Positions 33,006 through 43,981 of a DNA stretch of 64,000 nt are shown piece after piece. The notes under the pieces were generated by a model. That model worked only from the letters and a program-made list of their open reading frames with translations, did not search any database and was not told the origin of the DNA. The DNA is from Pyrinomonadaceae bacterium. GTDB lineage: Bacteria; Acidobacteriota; Blastocatellia; Pyrinomonadales; Pyrinomonadaceae. Where the stretch lies: the NCBI GenBank assembly GCA_041737885.1, contig JBGSQW010000017.1, positions 3,481 to 67,480 of the forward strand, given 5' to 3'. Position 1 is the stretch's first letter; each line of letters begins with the position of its first letter. A program made the position numbers and the translations under genes.

Positions 33006-33578
33006 CTATAAATTTATCGATCTGGTAAAAAGCTCTTTGATCCGGTTGCCCTGCACGGCTCGCTGGCTAGTGTATTTTCGGTCTACAGCCGACAGTCGGT
33101 CGGTCACCTTCTTGCCATCAACTGTTCTGATCGCCCTTCCACCGGAATAATATATGCGAGATTCGCTCGGCGGCTCATCACTCTCGACTTTGTAGGTAAA
33201 GAGAATCAATTCACCCGTTTCAGAGAACAGCCATTCCTCACGAAAACGCTGATTTGAAAGGCGACGTTCATTTACAACGAATACCAATTTATCGGGATAA
33301 GGCCGTGCCTCACTGTCACCGCCCTTGTAAAAGAATTTCAGTGTTTGGCCATAAATCCCGACCGCCCGCCACTGGTGATCGCGTTTATTTACGGCAAGTT
33401 CGTTCATGAATAGCTCGCCGAATTGGCCACGATCATCGTCGGTTTCGCAGAGCCGGGCTTTTTCAGCGATGTCGGCATAACGAGCTCTGATAGATTCTAC
33501 TGATCTATCGATGAGCTGGGCCGCAGAAAACGCGGAAAACATTAAGATTAGGACAAGAACGGAGATGATTCTTTTCAT
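33006..33578 (-). CDS. hypothetical secreted protein
   Basis: ORF trimmed to the MKRIISVLVLILMFSAFSAAQ signal peptide. No family recognised. Confidence 0.45.
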   Translation of the reverse strand: MKRIISVLVLILMFSAFSAAQLIDRSVESIRARYADIAEKARLCETDDDRGQFGELFMNELAVNKRDHQWRAVGIYGQTLKFFYKGGDSEARPYPDKLVFVVNERRLSNQRFREEWLFSETGELILFTYKVESDEPPSESRIYYSGGRAIRTVDGKKVTDRLSAVDRKYTSQRAVQGNRIKELFTRSINL

Positions 33579-33630
33579 ACGAATTGAACGGCTCACATTC
33601 AGATTCTTGTCCTTGTTTCTCAAGAAAATA

Positions 33631-34677
33631 TTAATTCACCCAATCCGCAATAAATACATTCGTCTCACACTCTTTCGCGGCATTTCGGTTCGAAGCGAAG
33701 ACAAGTTTCTTGCCGTTCGGCGAGAACATTGGGAAGCCGTCGAATGTTTCATTAAACGTTACGCGTTCGAGGCCGGTGCCGTCGAGGTTGATGAGGGCGA
33801 GGTCGAAATTGCGTTTTCGTGGGTCGGTAGCGAAATGATTTGTGCAAAAGATTATGCGTTTGCCGTCCGGAGTGAAATACGGTGCAAAGCTACCGCCAGC
33901 GAGGTTTGTGATCTGACGCTTATTGCTGCCGTCGGCATGCATCACCCAGATCTCAAAGGTCGTCGGAACGATCAGGTGCTGAGCGAGAAGGCTCTTGTAC
34001 CGGGCGACTTCAGCAGGCGTGGTCGGCGTCGAGCGGCGATAAACGATCGATTTGCTGTCCGGCGAATAGAACGCTCCGCCGTCGTATCCCACTGCGTCTG
34101 TTAGGCGCTTGATATTCGTGCCGTCGATATCCATCGAATATAGATCCAGGTCGCCGTCACGTTCGCTGGTAAAGATGATCTTTTTACCATCGGGGCTGAC
34201 CGTTGCTTCCGCATCATAGCCGGGGGTATTGGTGAGTTTTCGGATATCCGTGCCATTTGCCTTCGCTGTGTAGAGATCAAAATCCGGAAAAACAGCCCAG
34301 ACATATCCTTGCGACATATCAGGATTCGGCGGACATTCTTTCTTCCCGCCGTGGGTTGAGGCATAAATAATGCGCTTATTTCCCTTGAAGAAATACGAAC
34401 ATGTTGTCCTGCCTTCTCCGTTCGAAACCATTTTCACCTTCGATCCATCAATGTTCATTCGATAGATCTGATCGCAAGAACGGCCATCGCGTTTGGACTG
34501 AAAGATCAGCTGCTTATTATCCGAGGAAAAATAAGCCTCCGCATTCTCACCACCAAACGTCAATTGCTTAATATTTTTCAGACGCTTTTCCCCGTCAAGG
34601 GCGAGGGGCTTCTGCTGAGCAAAAGAGGTTGACATCAAGGTTATAATGATTATCGCGACAAGATACAACTTTTTCAT
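33631..34677 (-). CDS. TolB-like PD40 beta-propeller repeat protein
   Basis: Signal peptide. Repeated SPDGKKIIF, SPDSKSIVY and TPDGKRIIF PD40 motifs. Confidence 0.7.
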   Translation of the reverse strand: MKKLYLVAIIIITLMSTSFAQQKPLALDGEKRLKNIKQLTFGGENAEAYFSSDNKQLIFQSKRDGRSCDQIYRMNIDGSKVKMVSNGEGRTTCSYFFKGNKRIIYASTHGGKKECPPNPDMSQGYVWAVFPDFDLYTAKANGTDIRKLTNTPGYDAEATVSPDGKKIIFTSERDGDLDLYSMDIDGTNIKRLTDAVGYDGGAFYSPDSKSIVYRRSTPTTPAEVARYKSLLAQHLIVPTTFEIWVMHADGSNKRQITNLAGGSFAPYFTPDGKRIIFCTNHFATDPRKRNFDLALINLDGTGLERVTFNETFDGFPMFSPNGKKLVFASNRNAAKECETNVFIADWVN

Positions 34678-34796
34678 ATTTTCGATTATATTATTAAAAC
34701 AGTAATTTAATGCATCCTCAGATAGAAGTTTAGCGAATCTAGATTGTAAGTGAAATTGAATTTCAACTTCGCTTAATCCGAAGCTGGTTTGTCTTT

Positions 34797-35639
34797 ATGA
34801 ATTTTGAAAGCAATAAAGATGTTCTCGATTGGTACGAACGCCAAGAGCGATCTCTAACACCCGAATTTATTGCTGCGATTCCCTGGCACCAGGTCAGTGA
34901 CGTTGAACTTGATAAAAAACTCATCCCCGTTCTCTTGTACATGCGTGACGTTGAAACACTCACGGACATGTATCATCGTGAATTACTACGAACTCCGACC
35001 GGTAAAGATCCATATATAAGCAAATTCATGGAACGTTGGGGGCTCGAGGAAATTACACACGGTGAGGTGATCAATCGTTTCCTCAACGAGGCCGGCTTTG
35101 AAACTGATGAACGGTGGCAAGACCAGGTTCGCCGCGAAGTTTCTACGAGCTACAACGCCACTGCATATTTGATGACGATTCTCACCAATCTTATCGGAAA
35201 AAAGTTTACTGCCACTCATATGACCTTTGGTACTATCCACGAGATGGAAGCCGCACAGGGCTATCGGCGGCTGATCGCGTTGGCGAATCACCCTGTTCTC
35301 ACGCTTATCGCAAATGCGATAGTACGCGAAGAAGCGATACACGCTCAGTTTTACCGCTCGGTAGCCCGCCTTGAGCTCGAGAAAAATGAATTTTCTCAAA
35401 AGATGGCACGGTGGGTAATTGATCGATTCTGGGCTCCAGTCGGGCAAGGCTCTCTCGCCAAAAGCAGGACGAAATACACGATCGAGACGTTATTCGGCGA
35501 GGAATCCGCGATCGACGGACTCGACAAGACCGTCACACAACGCGTGCGATCACTGCCTGGCTTTGATGGGATCACAAAGATAACCGGCGTGATCGCCGAT
35601 ATGGCAGGGCACTCAACAACCAAACTCGAAACCGCGTAA
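34797..35639 (+). CDS. acyl-ACP desaturase-like ferritin-fold di-iron protein
   Basis: Two E-x-x-H motifs in desaturase-like context: RWGLEEITHGEVINRFL and IVREEAIHAQFY. Confidence 0.5.
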   Translation: MNFESNKDVLDWYERQERSLTPEFIAAIPWHQVSDVELDKKLIPVLLYMRDVETLTDMYHRELLRTPTGKDPYISKFMERWGLEEITHGEVINRFLNEAGFETDERWQDQVRREVSTSYNATAYLMTILTNLIGKKFTATHMTFGTIHEMEAAQGYRRLIALANHPVLTLIANAIVREEAIHAQFYRSVARLELEKNEFSQKMARWVIDRFWAPVGQGSLAKSRTKYTIETLFGEESAIDGLDKTVTQRVRSLPGFDGITKITGVIADMAGHSTTKLETA

Positions 35640-35643
35640 CCCT

Positions 35644-36603
35644 TTAAACACCTCGATAGTACTCGACCCCAGCATTTAATTCGACAGCGACTTTCCCTGC
35701 AGTTTCGGCGTAGTCGAGATGAGCAATAGCCTCGGAGATCGCTAGAAACCTGTGAACGTCATGGTCGAATGACGAAGGAAACAGCTTTTGTGCAATCTCG
35801 AAGGCGGTGACACCGCTCCCCTTAGCCAACCCGAGGACACGGCCTTGACGTTCATCGATCGCCCGCACATATCGGTTAAAGATCTCTTCAAAATCAGTTA
35901 CTGGTTCACCGTGGCCACCATAGGCTAGCGTAGGAGACAGGCTCCGAAGTCTGGCAAGACTCACCAGGTATTCCGACAGCGATCTGAATCTGCGAGATGG
36001 ATCGGTCGGATCAGGCGCAAGCATCGGATTTGGCGTTATCCGTTTTAGAACGCAATCCCCGCAAATTAAGGTTCGATTCGCCTCACGATAGAAAGAACAG
36101 GATCCAGGCGTATGTCCAGGCGTGTGCAGCACCGTTAGCGAACCACTTTCGAACTCCAATTCCATCTCATCTTTCAAAGATGTGAACTCTCCATCCTCGA
36201 GCGAATCGGTCAACAAACTGACTTCCTCATAAAGACCTCGCATCTCCGCAAATACCTGATCCGGCACGCCCGAACGAAGTAATAGCTGCCGATGCTCCTC
36301 GTGCGCAAGTCGTCCAAATAGGTGCCCCGTCTCCCATTCGTGAATCAGTACTTCGGCATTTTTTGATTCGTCTCGAACCTGCTTAGCCAGTCCACAGTGA
36401 TCCTCGTGTGCATGCGTCAGCACGATCCGCCTGACATCCGAAAAAGCCACGCCATTTGAACGCAACTGATCCCGCAAAGCTGCCGCGGCTTCCCTTGTTT
36501 TGGGGCCGATGTCGATAAGCGTTACCGGATCTTCCTTGATCAGGTAGACATTTACATCTCCGACATAAAATGGCGTCGGGATGGAAAGCTGGACAATATC
36601 CAT
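35644..36603 (-). CDS. MBL-fold metallo-hydrolase
   Basis: LTHAHEDHCG (HxHxDH) motif, later HTPGHTPGS. Confidence 0.8.
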   Translation of the reverse strand: MDIVQLSIPTPFYVGDVNVYLIKEDPVTLIDIGPKTREAAAALRDQLRSNGVAFSDVRRIVLTHAHEDHCGLAKQVRDESKNAEVLIHEWETGHLFGRLAHEEHRQLLLRSGVPDQVFAEMRGLYEEVSLLTDSLEDGEFTSLKDEMELEFESGSLTVLHTPGHTPGSCSFYREANRTLICGDCVLKRITPNPMLAPDPTDPSRRFRSLSEYLVSLARLRSLSPTLAYGGHGEPVTDFEEIFNRYVRAIDERQGRVLGLAKGSGVTAFEIAQKLFPSSFDHDVHRFLAISEAIAHLDYAETAGKVAVELNAGVEYYRGV

Positions 36604-36730
36604 ATGAAAATAGCGTCAATACGCGAACAATAATCTTAGCAAAATAAGCTCTGAGGATGCTGACCCTTCATGATGAATTGAGACGTTAATAAACTTTACG
36701 CTTTCAAGATAGTAATAGATAACCAAAGTT

Positions 36731-36748
36731 AATTGGTATGCCCAATTT
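36731..36748. promoter_or_regulatory. TBDR-associated palindrome, site A (AATTGGTATGCCCAATTT)
   Basis: 242-259 nt upstream of the TBDR ATG at 36990. Same motif as 56613-56630 and 60528-60545. Confidence 0.5.
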
Positions 36749-36989
36749 CATAACGATACAAAATACGAATTTCCACCTTTTTGCTTGCCTTAAATGCTTT
36801 TTTGGGTTACAAATTTCAAAGCAATTCAATTCTGTTTAAATATCTGTCGGATAAATAATTTAGGGCTTTACAACAAATCCAATGATCGGCCCCGGCTCCG
36901 GTTTGAGAGAAACGACTCTCGGAACGAGCTAGGCCGAACAGCCGCATCGACAGAGCAGAGTTTTTCCAACGTATCCAAGGAGAACGAAA

Positions 36990-39900
36990 ATGAGAGTTTC
37001 TTTTAATGAAGTGCCTGCTAAGGCTGCTAATCTGATGATTTTGTTTGTGGTATTTCTAAGTTTTGCAGTAGCTGGAATGGCCCAATCGCAGGCTGCGGCA
37101 GCCGACTTAACGGGATCGGTTACTGATCCTACCGGAGCAGTTGTTTCTGGTGCTACCGTTTCGGCTAAGGGGGTTGGTACAGGTATTAATCGTACCGTCA
37201 CCACCGATGCGGAAGGTAATTACCGATTTCTCAGCCTACCGCCCGGCGACTATGAGATCACCGCCGAAGCTGCAAACTTCAAAAAGAGTGTTCTTTCTGG
37301 AATCAAACTCACTGTCGGCCAGACAGCCGAACTCACGATCAAATTAGAGGTTGGAGAGGCTAGTGCCGTTGTCAATGTTAGCGGCGACGACGTGCAGCTG
37401 ATCGAAACGACCAAAACGAATGTTTCGACCACGATAGAACAGGTTCGTATAAACAGCCTGCCTATCAACGAACGCAGTGCAACCGGCTTTGCACTCACGA
37501 TCTCAACCGTTGGCCGCGACAATGGCCGCCCGGTTGGGCCTGCTCCGACTTCGGGCCTCAACATCGGCGGCCAGCGTGGGCGATCTACCCTCGTCCAGGT
37601 TGACGGTGCTGACTTCACTGACAACTCTATTAACGCAGCCCGTTCTACTGTATCGCAGGAAGCAGTTCAGGAATATCAGGTAACTACAAACTCCTACATG
37701 CCTGAATTCGGTCGAGCAACCGGCGGTATCGTCAATGTCGTCACCAAGCGTGGCACCGATGATTTTAGCGGGACACTTTTTGGATTTATCAGGCATAAGA
37801 GCATTCAGTCTCGTAACGCTTTTTCTCCAGTGATCGATGGCGACCCAGATAAAAAGCCGGGCTACACCAGGGCTCAATATGGATTCACCCTTGGCGGGCC
37901 GATCAAACGAGATAAGACATTCTTCTTTGGTTCATTTGAACAACGCCGTCGCCAGGAGTCGGGGTTCTTCACGGGCGATATTATTGGCGGAGCGACCTCA
38001 AGCGTGACCATCCCTGTGATCGCGGGGTTAAATCCGACCCTCAGAACGTTCAGCGGCCTCACTTCCGCTCAGGCCTCATACGTAAATACGCTTCTCGCCG
38101 CTGGAACTGCAGCAGCCGTATGTACGGCCCGAACCTACGCATTTTTCGCATCGAGCGGAACGCAGACCGCACTTAACGGTTCAAACAGCCTTTTCAGCCC
38201 GAATGACGGCAGTGCCTGCCCTGCGATATCGCCGATCCTTCCGAGTGCAAACCCGATCGGGCCACGATTTATTCTATCGGGAGCACCTGTGCCGTTGACA
38301 CGTCGTGCGGACGGCCAGTTTGTAGCTTTCCGTCCTCTTGCCCAGCTCAGCCAGGTCTATCCGATAGCTGATGCTACGACTTTCTCATCGTTCAGAGTTG
38401 ATCATGCATTCAATTCGAATAACCAGTTCAGCGTTCGCTTCGGATATAACCCAAGTAAGATAACCGGTATTCAAGATGAATCGCAGAACCAGACGCTCGG
38501 CCAAAATGACTATTCCCGAACCGGCATTCAGGATCTCAAGGACACATCATTTGGCATGTCGTTGACGAGTGTTTTGCCGCGGAATATGGTGAATGAGATC
38601 TACTACAACTATGGACGAAGGGCTGCTAAATTTGATTCGTCCGTACCGAGCGTGGCTCACCAGATCGCTGGAACGGGTTTCATCGGTTCTAATCCTTTCT
38701 CACCAGTAGATCGCGTCGAGAATCGTCACCAGATCCGCAACAACCTTAGCTGGGTCGTTGGTGATCACACCATGAAATTCGGAGGCGATTTTAACAGTGT
38801 TAGCGGAAACGCTAGTTTTGAGCTCAACTTCCCTGCACTCTTCAATTTTGGCCAGCAGTCATGCAGTCTTTTGATCACGGGATGTACTGGGCCGGCATTC
38901 ACGCCGATCCAGACTTACGGACTTGGGTTCCCGAGCGTGTTTATTCAAGGTTTTGGTGAACCGAACAGTACGCTTAAGAATAAGCCTGTCGCCGTCTTTG
39001 GACAGGATACATGGAAGATAAACCGTCGCTTCACGTTGAACTACGGCGTACGGTACGACTATGAGTTTACCGAGGAATTTGGCCCGTCGGCATTCCGTGA
39101 CCCGCTCACTGGCATTACATTATCCGAAGCTGATATTCAGGTCGCCCAGGACGCTTTAAATGTCACGCAGGGATTCCCTCGCGACAAAAATAACATCGCA
39201 CCACGACTGGGCTTTGCGTGGGATATCGGCGGCGATGGAAAAACAGTAGTCCGAGCAGCGTTCGGTCGTTTCTTCGATCATCCGCTCCTCGCTGTCTCAT
39301 TCAATTCCAACATTGCCGACGGCTCGCAGCAGCAGCAGGCAACTCTACTGCCGATCGGCGGCCCGTCCCCAACCGGATTGTTCAATGCATTTCAGGTTTT
39401 CCACGGCACTGTATGCGGTGTCGGCGGTTCAAATGCGGCGATCTGCGGAACATCGGTAACCCAGGGAATTGCTGCAAGTTCGCAGTATCAGTTCGGATTC
39501 CAGCGATTCAATTCGAGCAACTTCACAGGCTTTGGCCCGATCTTGCCATTCACCCTCCACGTTTCCAAGGACTTCGAATACCCTGATGCGATGCAGGCCA
39601 ATCTTTCAGTAGAAAGAATGATCGGCAAGAACACCTCGATATCGGCTAGCTACATCGGCGTAAATGCCAAACATCTCGGGCATCCTCAGGATGTGAATCC
39701 GGTTAATCTGACATCTCTCGTCGATAATTTCCGACGCTTTACGGCAAACAACCCCGTTGCGTGCGGAACTGTTGCATGCGGCCCGACGGGCCGTGCCCCA
39801 ACAAGCCTTAGCGAAGCGGCATTTTTCTCGTTACCGACCACAAGCAGTGCTCTATATACGGTCGTCGTTCCCGGCTTTGTGGTCGTTAACAACACCACCG

Positions 39901-40796
39901 GCCAGCGCATCGTTAACCCTATCGCAGCGGATTTCTTCCGTAAGTTGGGTCCAAACTATTTCTTCGTCCAGGCATTGACCGGAGTTAACAAGACAACCTT
40001 CGACACTCTCCTAGCGGGAACGCTTCGAGCTCCTGGCCCTATCAATCCATATTCGGATGTCAATGCTCAGATGTCGGACGGAAACTCGTACTACAACGCC
40101 TTGAATCTTGAACTGAAACGTCGCTTTTCCAGCAATGTACAGTTCTTTGCGACCTACACATGGTCACATTCGATCGACGATTCATCCGATCTGCAAACAT
40201 TGCTCAAACCGCAGGATAACCTGAACTTCCGTGCAGAAAAATCGGACTCGTTGTTTGATCAACGTCATCGTTTCGTCTTTAGCGGGGTGGTAAGTGCTCC
40301 TGATGCGTGGAGATCTGGAACGGGCTTCCAGAAATTTATGCACGGGTTTACCTTCTCCCCGATTCTCGAGTTGAGTTCGGGCCGGCCTTTCAATATTTTG
40401 GCTGTCGGTGATAACAACGGTGATTTCCAAAGCACGAATGAAAGGCCGACCGTTCGATCGGACGGTTCATTGTGTGCGACCGGCGTAGATACGAACTGCT
40501 TCCAGGGCGTCTTCCCGCTAAGCGGCAATCTCGGGCGAAATATGGGCATCACCCATAACTATTTCTCGTTGGACGCCCGTCTCACCAAACGCATCCGCTT
40601 TGGCGAACGCATCAACCTCGATCTGATCGCCGAAGGCTTCAATATGTTCAACCGCTTCAATGAAGCTGCCGGAAATCCGTTCTATCAAGTAGTAAATTCA
40701 TTTGGACAGCGAGCAGGTAATGGTAAATATTACAGCCAACCTACATCTGCTTATGATCCAAGACAGTTCCAATTCGGAGCAAAGCTAACCTTCTAG
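36990..40796 (+). CDS. TonB-dependent receptor with N-terminal carboxypeptidase-regulatory-like domain
   Basis: Signal peptide. GSVTDPTGAVVSGATVSA...DAEGNYRFLSLPPGDY (CarboxypepD_reg), plug region, long beta-barrel ending in F. Confidence 0.8.
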   Translation: MRVSFNEVPAKAANLMILFVVFLSFAVAGMAQSQAAAADLTGSVTDPTGAVVSGATVSAKGVGTGINRTVTTDAEGNYRFLSLPPGDYEITAEAANFKKSVLSGIKLTVGQTAELTIKLEVGEASAVVNVSGDDVQLIETTKTNVSTTIEQVRINSLPINERSATGFALTISTVGRDNGRPVGPAPTSGLNIGGQRGRSTLVQVDGADFTDNSINAARSTVSQEAVQEYQVTTNSYMPEFGRATGGIVNVVTKRGTDDFSGTLFGFIRHKSIQSRNAFSPVIDGDPDKKPGYTRAQYGFTLGGPIKRDKTFFFGSFEQRRRQESGFFTGDIIGGATSSVTIPVIAGLNPTLRTFSGLTSAQASYVNTLLAAGTAAAVCTARTYAFFASSGTQTALNGSNSLFSPNDGSACPAISPILPSANPIGPRFILSGAPVPLTRRADGQFVAFRPLAQLSQVYPIADATTFSSFRVDHAFNSNNQFSVRFGYNPSKITGIQDESQNQTLGQNDYSRTGIQDLKDTSFGMSLTSVLPRNMVNEIYYNYGRRAAKFDSSVPSVAHQIAGTGFIGSNPFSPVDRVENRHQIRNNLSWVVGDHTMKFGGDFNSVSGNASFELNFPALFNFGQQSCSLLITGCTGPAFTPIQTYGLGFPSVFIQGFGEPNSTLKNKPVAVFGQDTWKINRRFTLNYGVRYDYEFTEEFGPSAFRDPLTGITLSEADIQVAQDALNVTQGFPRDKNNIAPRLGFAWDIGGDGKTVVRAAFGRFFDHPLLAVSFNSNIADGSQQQQATLLPIGGPSPTGLFNAFQVFHGTVCGVGGSNAAICGTSVTQGIAASSQYQFGFQRFNSSNFTGFGPILPFTLHVSKDFEYPDAMQANLSVERMIGKNTSISASYIGVNAKHLGHPQDVNPVNLTSLVDNFRRFTANNPVACGTVACGPTGRAPTSLSEAAFFSLPTTSSALYTVVVPGFVVVNNTTGQRIVNPIAADFFRKLGPNYFFVQALTGVNKTTFDTLLAGTLRAPGPINPYSDVNAQMSDGNSYYNALNLELKRRFSSNVQFFATYTWSHSIDDSSDLQTLLKPQDNLNFRAEKSDSLFDQRHRFVFSGVVSAPDAWRSGTGFQKFMHGFTFSPILELSSGRPFNILAVGDNNGDFQSTNERPTVRSDGSLCATGVDTNCFQGVFPLSGNLGRNMGITHNYFSLDARLTKRIRFGERINLDLIAEGFNMFNRFNEAAGNPFYQVVNSFGQRAGNGKYYSQPTSAYDPRQFQFGAKLTF

Positions 40797-40816
40797 TTTG
40801 CCCCGCCGCGACTATG

Positions 40817-40851
40817 AAATGCCGGATGGTTTTACGCCATCCGGCATTTTT
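40817..40851 (+). terminator. rho-independent terminator
   Basis: AAATGCCGGATGG (40817-40829) pairs with CCATCCGGCATTT (40837-40849), followed by a T-run. Confidence 0.8.
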
Positions 40852-40868
40852 ATTGGATAATATGGGGT

Positions 40869-41792
40869 ATGCTCTCGCTTTCAACCAAAATAAAAGAAAA
40901 AGCTAAGGCGATCGGTTTTTCCGGCGTCGGTATCGTTGAAGCGTCCGCTCTGGGCCGTGAAGAGAAAAATCTACGTGAATGGCTGGCGAGGGGCATGCAC
41001 GGAGCCATGGCCTGGCTTGAACGTGAACCGGAGAAGCGGAGCGACCCTAGGATTCTCTTCCCCGGTGCAAAGTCAGTCGTTGTCCTGATCCTGAACTATT
41101 ACACCGACCATGATCACGAAGCCAATACCGAACGCGGCAAGATCTCGCGCTACGCCTGGGGCGACGATTACCACGATGTGATGCGCGAAAAGCTCAAAGA
41201 GCTTCTTTCCTGGATAAAGGACGAGATTCCCGAGGCAGACGGAAAGGTCTGCGTCGATACTGCTCCGATGATGGATAAAGCCTGGGCCGTACGGGCTGGA
41301 TTAGGTTGGCAAGGGAAACATTCGAATCTGATCACGACCGATCTGGGCTCGTGGGTGTTTATCGGTGAGGTAATACTAAATATCGAACTCGATTACGACA
41401 CCCAGATCGTCGCGGACCACTGCGGCACCTGCACCGCATGTATTGATACATGCCCTACAAATGCGATCGTTGAGCCGTATATAGTCGATTCACAAAAGTG
41501 CATTTCGTACGCCACGATCGAGCTTCGCGACGAACAATTGCCGGCAGAAATATCGGAAAAGCTAGAAGGCTGGTTCTACGGCTGTGACATTTGTCAGGAT
41601 GTCTGCCCATGGAACCGGTTTGAAAAACCGACTCCTGAGTCTAGATTCGAACCGCGAAGGTCGGAAACATCCGTTGATCTTGACGAAATTATCTCGATGA
41701 CGCATGACGAATACGTCGAAAGATTTCGTCGTTCAGCCATAAAACGTGCCAAGCTCAGCGGCCTGAAGCGCAATGCAAAAGCGCTAAAATAG
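40869..41792 (+). CDS. queG: tRNA epoxyqueuosine(34) reductase
   Basis: GWQGKHSNLIT..GSWVFIGE, 4Fe-4S motifs CGTCTACIDTCP and CDICQDVCPWN. Confidence 0.9.
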   Translation: MLSLSTKIKEKAKAIGFSGVGIVEASALGREEKNLREWLARGMHGAMAWLEREPEKRSDPRILFPGAKSVVVLILNYYTDHDHEANTERGKISRYAWGDDYHDVMREKLKELLSWIKDEIPEADGKVCVDTAPMMDKAWAVRAGLGWQGKHSNLITTDLGSWVFIGEVILNIELDYDTQIVADHCGTCTACIDTCPTNAIVEPYIVDSQKCISYATIELRDEQLPAEISEKLEGWFYGCDICQDVCPWNRFEKPTPESRFEPRRSETSVDLDEIISMTHDEYVERFRRSAIKRAKLSGLKRNAKALK

Positions 41793-41801
41793 TCCGTTCT
41801 A

Positions 41802-42464
41802 GTGATGGACAATATGAGATCAAATAAATCACATCTGGTAAACCTAGCTTTTAGCGTTGCATCGATCTTCCTCCTCGCGGGCATTGGCACCGCGCAGAGT
41901 GCGCCATCTGCCGCCGCAGCTCGGGAATATAAACGTCTTGTGAACCTTCAGACATCTCTGGAGAAGATCCCTATGACAAAGCAGGACAAAGAGCCGCACA
42001 GGTCTTTTCTCAAACGGAACGACAAAGACATTGTTTACAGCGATCCTGCTGGTCAGTGGTATGTCCGCTCAAACCGCTTTTGGAATCTCGCGGCCAAGTA
42101 TAAAAACCTACCAATAGCCGACAAGATCGCGTGGGCCGCTGCCGAGAATCAACTTCCGGGCGAATGTGAGGGTTACGTCATTTGCTACCTCTCTGTCATC
42201 CGAATGACCTATGGCGAGTATCTGAAACGTTTTCCCAGAGGAGCGTACAGAAAACGAGCCATTCAGGAGATGACAATTTCTTTCACCCGAATCGCGGATG
42301 ACGCAGCTTCTACCAAAAGAAACTACGACGGGCCCGAAAGTGGCGACCAGGCAGAATTTTTGATAGCAATTAGCGAGCTCCGCAACATACTGATAAAGGT
42401 TCCCAACCCTGAAGCCTCAAAAACCCTCGCAAAGTTAAAACTGGTCGAAGGCTCGTACAAATAA
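41802..42464 (+). CDS. hypothetical secreted protein
   Basis: Signal-peptide-like N-terminus (LAFSVASIFLLAGIGTAQS). No family recognised. Start is GTG 41802, ATG 41805 or ATG 41814. Confidence 0.4.
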   Translation: MMDNMRSNKSHLVNLAFSVASIFLLAGIGTAQSAPSAAAAREYKRLVNLQTSLEKIPMTKQDKEPHRSFLKRNDKDIVYSDPAGQWYVRSNRFWNLAAKYKNLPIADKIAWAAAENQLPGECEGYVICYLSVIRMTYGEYLKRFPRGAYRKRAIQEMTISFTRIADDAASTKRNYDGPESGDQAEFLIAISELRNILIKVPNPEASKTLAKLKLVEGSYK

Positions 42465-42498
42465 CCCGAAAACGCGGAGTTTCTTGTATCATTAAAGA

Positions 42499-43488
42499 AT
42501 GCTGCGTGACGCTCACAACCGGATAATTCGCGACCTGCGTATCTCGCTCACAGATCGCTGTAATTTCCGCTGTTTCTATTGCCTGCCGAATGGCGAACCG
42601 CCGCTGGCGCGGAAAGATACTATTCTCACGTTCGAAGAGATTGCGTATCTGACAGATATATTCGTCGGTCTAGGTATCGAAAAGATACGCCTGACCGGCG
42701 GCGAGCCATTGATTCGAAAAGATGTACCTCAGCTCGTCGCAAAGCTCTCGAAATTCAAACCGCAGCTACGCGACCTTGCTCTGACAACCAATGGATACGA
42801 TTTCCCGCGTCATGCCAAAAACCTAAAGGACGCAGGACTCGACCGCGTAACGCTCAGCCTCGACAGCCTCGACCGCGAGAAATTCCTCGACATCACCGGT
42901 GTCGATGCTCTCGATAAGGTTTACGCATCGATCGAGGCTGCGAAAGATTTTGGCTTTGACCCGGTCAAGGTCAATGCGTGCGTTGTTCGCGGACGAAATG
43001 ATGACGAACTGGTCGATTTTGCGCTCTTTGCTCGTGAGCAGGGTATCTCGATGCGATTTATCGAGTTCATGCCGCTCGACAGCGGCCACGAGTGGAGCCG
43101 TGACATGGTCGTCTCAGGCAAAGAGATCCACGCCGCCATCAATGCCGTATTTCCGCTAAATCTTAAAGAAACCTCACGGGGAAGCGAGACCTCGTGGAAA
43201 TACGCGTTCGCCGACGGCTCGCCTGGGGAGATCGGCATCATCGCCCCGGTCACCGAAATGTTCTGCGGCGCCTGCTCCCGCATCCGCCTTACCGCCGACG
43301 GACAGATCCGCACTTGTCTCTTCTCGACCACCGAACACAATCTCCGGGACGTGCTCCGCAGCGGAGCCAGCCGCGACGAGATCGTTCAGTTCATCGAGGA
43401 CGTAGTCATGAAAAAAGAACCGCGTCACTATATCAATGACGCGGAATTTGCTCCGGCGAGCAGGACAATGAGCTTTATCGGAGGCTAG
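42499..43488 (+). CDS. moaA: GTP 3',8-cyclase (molybdenum cofactor biosynthesis)
   Basis: Radical-SAM CNFRCFYC, LTGGEPL, C-terminal cluster CGACSRIRLTADGQIRTC. Confidence 0.9.
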   Translation: MLRDAHNRIIRDLRISLTDRCNFRCFYCLPNGEPPLARKDTILTFEEIAYLTDIFVGLGIEKIRLTGGEPLIRKDVPQLVAKLSKFKPQLRDLALTTNGYDFPRHAKNLKDAGLDRVTLSLDSLDREKFLDITGVDALDKVYASIEAAKDFGFDPVKVNACVVRGRNDDELVDFALFAREQGISMRFIEFMPLDSGHEWSRDMVVSGKEIHAAINAVFPLNLKETSRGSETSWKYAFADGSPGEIGIIAPVTEMFCGACSRIRLTADGQIRTCLFSTTEHNLRDVLRSGASRDEIVQFIEDVVMKKEPRHYINDAEFAPASRTMSFIGG

Positions 43489-43501
43489 CCGATCAATTTC
43501 G

Positions 43502-43882
43502 TTAGAGCACAGTTCGCGTAACTTTTACGGTAACGCTCACATTATCACCTGCACCGATAGTTGCCGCGTTCGTTACGACAAGCTGACCGGTTTGTTTCAT
43601 GCTGCAGGTTGTCGAGAGTTTGGTCATTTCCTTTGTTTTAGGACAATCGCTGCCAGCCCACTCTACCTCGGCACCATCGCCTGTTGCGCTGAACTCAAGC
43701 TTATAGTTGCCCGGCTCCAGTTTCCACGAACGCGACGCTCCATCGTCCAGCACAGCCATGTCATCGATCACCACTGCGGGCTGCACGACCTTTTCGGTCA
43801 CATTCGTTGGTGTAGGACCTTGTGCACAACCCGCCAGCCAAATCGCCGCAAACACTGCCAAAATTGCAAATATCTTAAACAT
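43502..43882 (-). CDS. hypothetical lipoprotein
   Basis: Lipobox WLAGC. Strong SD (AAGGGGGA). No family recognised. Confidence 0.45.
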   Translation of the reverse strand: MFKIFAILAVFAAIWLAGCAQGPTPTNVTEKVVQPAVVIDDMAVLDDGASRSWKLEPGNYKLEFSATGDGAEVEWAGSDCPKTKEMTKLSTTCSMKQTGQLVVTNAATIGAGDNVSVTVKVTRTVL

Positions 43883-43981
43883 CTATCCCCCTTATTTACA
43901 GGTTCTGACGTTGAAGACTGTGATTCGGTTGTCCGCCTTTACCCGATTTGTCACGAACGAGTAGTTCGAACCGGCGTGACT